NCBI GenBank assembly: GCA_018714685.1
Contig: DVNC01000050.1
Span: 1 to 63,720, forward strand
Reading direction: 5' to 3'
Origin: Candidatus Scatocola faecipullorum
GTDB lineage: Bacteria; Pseudomonadota; Alphaproteobacteria; RF32; CAG-239
Length of the DNA stretch: 63,720 nt
Part shown: positions 58,948-63,720 of the stretch, one piece after another
How positions within the stretch are numbered: position 1 is the first letter of the stretch
Layout of the letters: each line of letters begins with the position of its first letter
Position numbers and translations under genes: made by a program
The notes under the pieces: model-generated
Seen by the model: the letters and a program-made list of their open reading frames with translations, nothing else
What the model was told of the DNA's origin: nothing
Databases searched by the model: none

Positions 58948-61401
58948 ATGAAATTAGTTATTGTGGAATCACCCGCCAAAGCCAAAACCATTAACAAATA
59001 CCTCGGCAGCGATTACAAAGTTCTTGCCAGCTTCGGCCACATCCGCGACTTGCCCAGCAAAGACGGCTCGGTCAATCCTGACGAAGACTTTGCCATGACA
59101 TGGGAACTCAGCCCCGGCGGCAAAAAACGCCTGAATGATATTATCGCCGCGGTTAAAGATGCCGACACGATTGTCCTCGCCTCCGACCCGGATAGAGAAG
59201 GAGAAGCCATTGCCTGGCACATTCTGGAGGAACTGACCGCCCGCAAAAAGATCAAAGACAAAAAAATCGAGCGCGTCGTTTTTCATGAAATTACCAAATC
59301 CGCCGTCACCGAAGCCATCAAAAATCCGCGGCAGATTGACAACAATCTGGTTTCGGCCTACATGGCCCGCCGCGCTTTGGACTACCTTGTCGGATTTACT
59401 CTGTCGCCGGTTCTCTGGCGCAAACTTCCCGGTTCCAAATCCGCCGGCCGCGTTCAGTCTGTCGCATTGCGCTTGATTTGCGACCGCGAAACCGAAATTG
59501 AGAAATTTAAGGCCGAAGAATATTGGACCGTCGATGCCGATTTAATCACCAAAACCCAGGCTTTGATAAAAACCCGCCTGATTACTCTTGACGGCAAAAA
59601 ACTCGAAAAATTTGACTTAAATACAGAGGCCAAAGCCCTTGATGCCAAAGCAAAGATTGAAGCGCAGGACTTTGCCGTCTCCAACGTCGAACGCAAAAAG
59701 ACCAACCGATATCCTGCACCGCCGTTCACCACTTCCACTCTGCAGCAGGAAGCGGCCCGCAAACTGCGTTTCAGCGCCAAGAAAACCATGCAGATTGCCC
59801 AAAAGCTCTATGAAGAAGGCTTAATTACCTATATGCGTACTGACGCGGTCAACCTTTCTAAAGAAGCAATTGAAGCCTGCCGCGCCGCTATTTTGAAATA
59901 TTTCGGTGAAGCTTATCTGCCCAAAACGGCCAAGGAATATAAAACCAAATCCAAAAACGCGCAGGAAGCGCACGAGGCCATCCGTCCCGCCCATGTTGAC
60001 GAGACGCCGAAAAAACTGGAAACCAAGCTGGATTCCGACGCCCACAAGCTCTATGAACTGATTTGGAAACGCACCGTCGCCTGCCAGATGAACCCGGCAA
60101 TTATGGACAAGGTAACCGTTGACGCCACCTCAGCCGACGGAAAAATTGTTCTCCGTGCCAACGGACAGGTCATTAACTTCGACGGTTTCCTTAAATTATA
60201 TGTCGAAAGCAAAGACGACAGCGACGAAGATGACGAAAACCGCATTTTGCCGAACGTTGAAACCGGCGAAAGCGTCACCAAGGGCGAAATCCGCCCCGAA
60301 CAGCATTTCACCACGCCGCCGCCGCGTTTCACCGAAGCCAGCCTGGTCAAAAAACTTGAAGAACTCGGCATTGGCCGTCCGTCAACCTATGCTTCGATTA
60401 TCGCCGTTTTGCAGGACCGTAAATATGTACGGGTTGAAAAGTTGCGTTTCATTCCGGAAGACCGCGGACGCATCGTTACCGTTTTTCTTGAAAACTTCTT
60501 CAAAAAATATGTTGAATACGACTTCACCGCCCAGCTGGAAGAATATCTCGATGATATCTCTAACGGCGAAATGGAATGGAAAAAACTGCTCGGCGGTTTC
60601 TGGACCAAGTTCATCAAAAACATAGACGCCGTCCAGCCGCTGCAAATCAGCGAAGTTATTGAAAAGATTGACGAAGTTTTGTCTTATCACCTCTTTCCTC
60701 CGCGCGAGGACGGTTCCGACCCCAGAATCTGCCCGGAATGCGGCAAAGGACGTCTGAGCATCAAACTCGGCAAATTCGGCGCCTTCCTCGGCTGCTCCAA
60801 TTATCCGGAGTGCAAATATACCAAACCGCTGACCGACGTCACCGAAGAAATGAGCAGCGACACGCCGAAAGCTCCCAATCCGGAAGACAAAACAATGGGC
60901 GAACTCAACGGCTTAAAGGTTTACCTTAAGAAAGGGCCTTACGGTTTTTACATTCAGCTCGGCGAAGATGCCACCGCCACCACAGAAAAACCCAAACGCG
61001 TTGCGCTGCCCCGCAATCTCAAACCGGAAGACGTAACCCCGGAACAGGCTTTGATTCTGGCTTCCCTCCCCCGCCAGCTCGGCAACGGCATTGAAGCCAA
61101 TATCGGCAAATTCGGCCAATATCTGAAACAAGGCAACAAATCCAAATCGCTGACCGGCAATGACAACATTTTCAACATAACGCTGGAACGCGCCGAAGAA
61201 ATTTTGAAAAACGTGGCTGAGCGGCCGGCCGGAAAAATTCTGGGACAAAATCCCAAAGATAAAGCCGACATCACCGTCTTAAGCGGACGTTACGGCCCCT
61301 ATATCAAATGCGGCAAAAACAATTACGCCATTCCCCGTGAGTTTAAAGACAGGGAGCTCACCTTGGAAGACGCATTGAAAATTATCGCAGCCAAAAAATA
61401 G
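58948..61401 (+). CDS. topA: DNA topoisomerase I
   Basis: LVIVESPAKA, DPDREGE, SAGRVQS, ITYMRTD, one C4 zinc finger, C-terminal repeats. Confidence 0.99.
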   Translation: MKLVIVESPAKAKTINKYLGSDYKVLASFGHIRDLPSKDGSVNPDEDFAMTWELSPGGKKRLNDIIAAVKDADTIVLASDPDREGEAIAWHILEELTARKKIKDKKIERVVFHEITKSAVTEAIKNPRQIDNNLVSAYMARRALDYLVGFTLSPVLWRKLPGSKSAGRVQSVALRLICDRETEIEKFKAEEYWTVDADLITKTQALIKTRLITLDGKKLEKFDLNTEAKALDAKAKIEAQDFAVSNVERKKTNRYPAPPFTTSTLQQEAARKLRFSAKKTMQIAQKLYEEGLITYMRTDAVNLSKEAIEACRAAILKYFGEAYLPKTAKEYKTKSKNAQEAHEAIRPAHVDETPKKLETKLDSDAHKLYELIWKRTVACQMNPAIMDKVTVDATSADGKIVLRANGQVINFDGFLKLYVESKDDSDEDDENRILPNVETGESVTKGEIRPEQHFTTPPPRFTEASLVKKLEELGIGRPSTYASIIAVLQDRKYVRVEKLRFIPEDRGRIVTVFLENFFKKYVEYDFTAQLEEYLDDISNGEMEWKKLLGGFWTKFIKNIDAVQPLQISEVIEKIDEVLSYHLFPPREDGSDPRICPECGKGRLSIKLGKFGAFLGCSNYPECKYTKPLTDVTEEMSSDTPKAPNPEDKTMGELNGLKVYLKKGPYGFYIQLGEDATATTEKPKRVALPRNLKPEDVTPEQALILASLPRQLGNGIEANIGKFGQYLKQGNKSKSLTGNDNIFNITLERAEEILKNVAERPAGKILGQNPKDKADITVLSGRYGPYIKCGKNNYAIPREFKDRELTLEDALKIIAAKK

Positions 61402-61446
61402 TCATAAAAAAAGCTTTCGGAAATCCGAAAGCTTTTTTTCTTACTT

Positions 61447-61785
61447 TTACAACCAGCGGCGAATTTGCTCTGCCCGTTGCTGCCTTTTTCGTTCAAGCTC
61501 CAACCGGCGTTTATATTCGCGTTGTTCCCGCTTAATATAATACCAGACGGAAAAATAAACCCCGAACCACACGATAACGGCCGTCCAGCCGACAAACGCT
61601 CCATAATTAAAAGCAGCCACCAGAATTGCCATTCCCAGCAAATACAAACAAACGCCGAAAATTCCGATAATCGGTTGATCTGCCGGAGCTTCACAACATT
61701 TGGAATGCTTGTTGGGGTTGGTAAAAATCATTGAACAAAGAACCGAAAAGGCAATAAGCAAAACAAAAAGAATAAGGAGTTTCAT
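61447..61785 (-). CDS. Hypothetical membrane protein
   Basis: Three hydrophobic segments, charged helical tail. Confidence 0.55.
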   Translation of the reverse strand: MKLLILFVLLIAFSVLCSMIFTNPNKHSKCCEAPADQPIIGIFGVCLYLLGMAILVAAFNYGAFVGWTAVIVWFGVYFSVWYYIKREQREYKRRLELERKRQQRAEQIRRWL

Positions 61786-61991
61786 ACGATAAAATTTTTA
61801 TGATTACGATTAATTTAATTCACGTTAAAATTTATGATGAATCCCCGTTTTGCAACAGTCGGTTAAACATCATAATAAAACAACAAAATATAAACTGTAA
61901 TTTTATTATATCATACTTTCATAGCCGGAGCAAATAAATTTTAGACAAAAAAAGTCCCGGAAAACCGGGGCCTGATCAGCTTAAGTCAGAT

Positions 61992-62627
61992 TTACCAGCC
62001 GTAAACGGTCAACCACAAACCGGCACCGAAAATAAAGCCGAAAACAATCTCCGACAAATTTTTTGACTGACCGATCCATGCCGGCAGACAATACATTTCA
62101 TTATGATGATCAAACAGCTTATAACTGCCGAAATAAACCGGACCGGACAGCAAACCGATAACAATCAGCCCGGCATAGCTCGGTTCTTCCGGCATAATGC
62201 CGAAACGGATCAATAAAGCATTCACACCCCACACCGCAATCATCGGGAAACCGTAACGCATCTCCGAAAACCAAAAATCATAACTCTTCTTATAGCGTGT
62301 GTCTTTGCGCTCTGCCCGATAAAACCAGTTCAGCGGCCGAACATACCAGCGGTTATAATTTCTTTTCGTCTGCGTATGATTGCGGCCGCAGTCCAAAATA
62401 GCTCCCACCGCGCGGCTCCAAAACTGAAATTGAATCCATAAAGCATAAAGCAGAGATATCGCTATTAACTTAGGCGATGACCAGTCATAAACCAAAACCG
62501 CAGTCATTGCCGTCACCATGACAATCGTTTTCACAAAACGCTTGTTCAGCAATTGTATCTTAAATTCCAGCCCGCCATACCAGCGGCGAAGAAATGCCCA
62601 CAAAATTCCGTTCAGCAAAATATCCAT
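61992..62627 (-). CDS. Hypothetical multi-pass membrane protein
   Basis: About 5 TM segments, aromatic-rich loops; GGAGG SD before MDILL (62627). Confidence 0.7.
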   Translation of the reverse strand: MDILLNGILWAFLRRWYGGLEFKIQLLNKRFVKTIVMVTAMTAVLVYDWSSPKLIAISLLYALWIQFQFWSRAVGAILDCGRNHTQTKRNYNRWYVRPLNWFYRAERKDTRYKKSYDFWFSEMRYGFPMIAVWGVNALLIRFGIMPEEPSYAGLIVIGLLSGPVYFGSYKLFDHHNEMYCLPAWIGQSKNLSEIVFGFIFGAGLWLTVYGW

Positions 62628-62744
62628 AACAACCTCCTTCAAGATAAGCCAACATAACCGAGCTGCGGCAAGTTGCAAACAACAATTGAACTTTTTCCAT
62701 AAAAAACCCGGACAATGCCGGGTTTAATACTGCGTCTGCCAAAA

Positions 62745-62993
62745 CTATTTCAAAATAATTTTACGCATCAGTTGCAAACTGTCTTTTTTCTTCGCATCCG
62801 CCTTAATCCGGGAAGCCAGATAAGCCGCTTTGTAAACCGACGAAATCTGCTTGGCCGTACTCAAAGCATCTCTCTGTTCCAGCTGTTCAATCGCCGCATT
62901 CCAGTCATGAGCGCTGCTGTTAGCCGGACAGCCGTTGTTCTTCCAAATATAATAAGCCGTTTCGCGAATAGTTTTTTCATCAAATTGTGTCAT
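62745..62993 (-). CDS. DUF2934-like small protein
   Basis: IRETAYYIWKNNGCP..SSAHDWNAAIEQL. Confidence 0.8.
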   Translation of the reverse strand: MTQFDEKTIRETAYYIWKNNGCPANSSAHDWNAAIEQLEQRDALSTAKQISSVYKAAYLASRIKADAKKKDSLQLMRKIILK

Positions 62994-63099
62994 GGTCGTT
63001 TCCTTCTGTTTTCATAATGAAACCAACATACAACTAAATATTTAATTTTCTATGAAAAAAGGCTCCGCATACGGAGCCTTTCGTTTACCAAAAGAAAAA

Positions 63100-63381
63100 T
63101 TATTTGGAAGATTTTTTCTTGGTTGTTTTGGAAGCAGTCTTGACCAAGGTCTTCTTAACCAAAGCAGAAGCTTTGCTGGCCAGTGTTTTGCTGGAAGAAG
63201 TCTTGCTGCTGGAAGAAATGCTTTTGGCGGCGCTGTTCAAAGTTGCCAGAGAAGTCAGCTGATTAATTGCGGCATTCCAGTCCTGCAGGCTGGTGTTGGC
63301 CGGGCAGCCGTTGTTCTTCCAAATGAAATAAGCAGCTTCGCGAATTGCATTTTCGTTTAACGTGATGTTTGAATTTTTCAT
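63100..63381 (-). CDS. DUF2934-like small protein with Lys/Ser/Thr-rich tail
   Basis: IREAAYFIWKNNGCP..TSLQDWNAAINQL; tail SSSKTSSSKT...KTTKKKSSK. Confidence 0.8.
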   Translation of the reverse strand: MKNSNITLNENAIREAAYFIWKNNGCPANTSLQDWNAAINQLTSLATLNSAAKSISSSSKTSSSKTLASKASALVKKTLVKTASKTTKKKSSK

Positions 63382-63662
63382 AGTCGTTCCTTTCAAGTTA
63401 AATTATTATTTTCTGTATATAATCAATAAGTTAAAAAAATATTTATATTTGAAGGAATACGCCGCCTTTCCGAAAAAAATTTTTAAACATTTCCCATTTC
63501 CGGCAAACACAGAAAAACCAAAGCATTGACATCGGTAAAAGCGCTTTTCCCCGTCGGGTTCCGCACAAAAACGATATGGATAAATCAAAACGGCAACATC
63601 TCAGAAATGACGCCGCAATAATGCCGGATACAAAAAAACCTCCGCAAGGGAGGTTTTTTGAA

Positions 63663-63720
63663 TGGTGCTCGGGGACGGGATCGAACCGCCGACACGAGGA
63701 TTTTCAGTCCTCTGCTCTAC
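63663..63720 (-). tRNA. tRNA-Phe(GAA), 5' end beyond the window
   Basis: Reverse strand GTAGAGCAGAGGA-CTGAAAA-TCCTCGTGTCGGCGG-TTCGATC-CCGTCCCCGAGCACCA. Confidence 0.95.

Overview
Core-genome segment of an alphaproteobacterium. LpxI, the plsY-dprA-topA block, rpiB-glyA-nrdR-nusB and the pyrH-frr-uppS-cdsA-rseP-bamA-lpx cluster point to this class. Clostridial/Bacteroidetes-like accessory enzymes suggest an uncultured gut Rhodospirillales/RF32-like lineage (inference). Housekeeping blocks (fmt-def, tig-clpP-clpX, lon-hupB, lipid A/Kdo genes, prfC, comEC, five tRNAs) are interrupted by small orphan insertions. No integrase, transposase, CRISPR array or rRNA is visible. Best novel candidate: a ~560-bp non-coding stretch (14093-14654) holding two apparently homologous structured RNA units. 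Each has its own sigma70-like promoter and an alternative-pairing switch (one ending in a terminator, one sequestering an SD), directly upstream of two translationally coupled XRE-HTH genes. Other notable items: an HNH-motif protein plus SMI1/KNR4 immunity pair with no recognisable delivery domain; an anti-sigma/ECF sigma/Spy cluster with two matching TGAAC-N17-CGTTYTAA promoters; tRNA-3'-end duplications enclosing palindromic inserts (Asn, Val); an RPE-like hairpin in the lpx operon; and missing rib, dxr and skp genes at their usual loci. All family assignments come from motif recognition by eye; no searches or folding programs were run.
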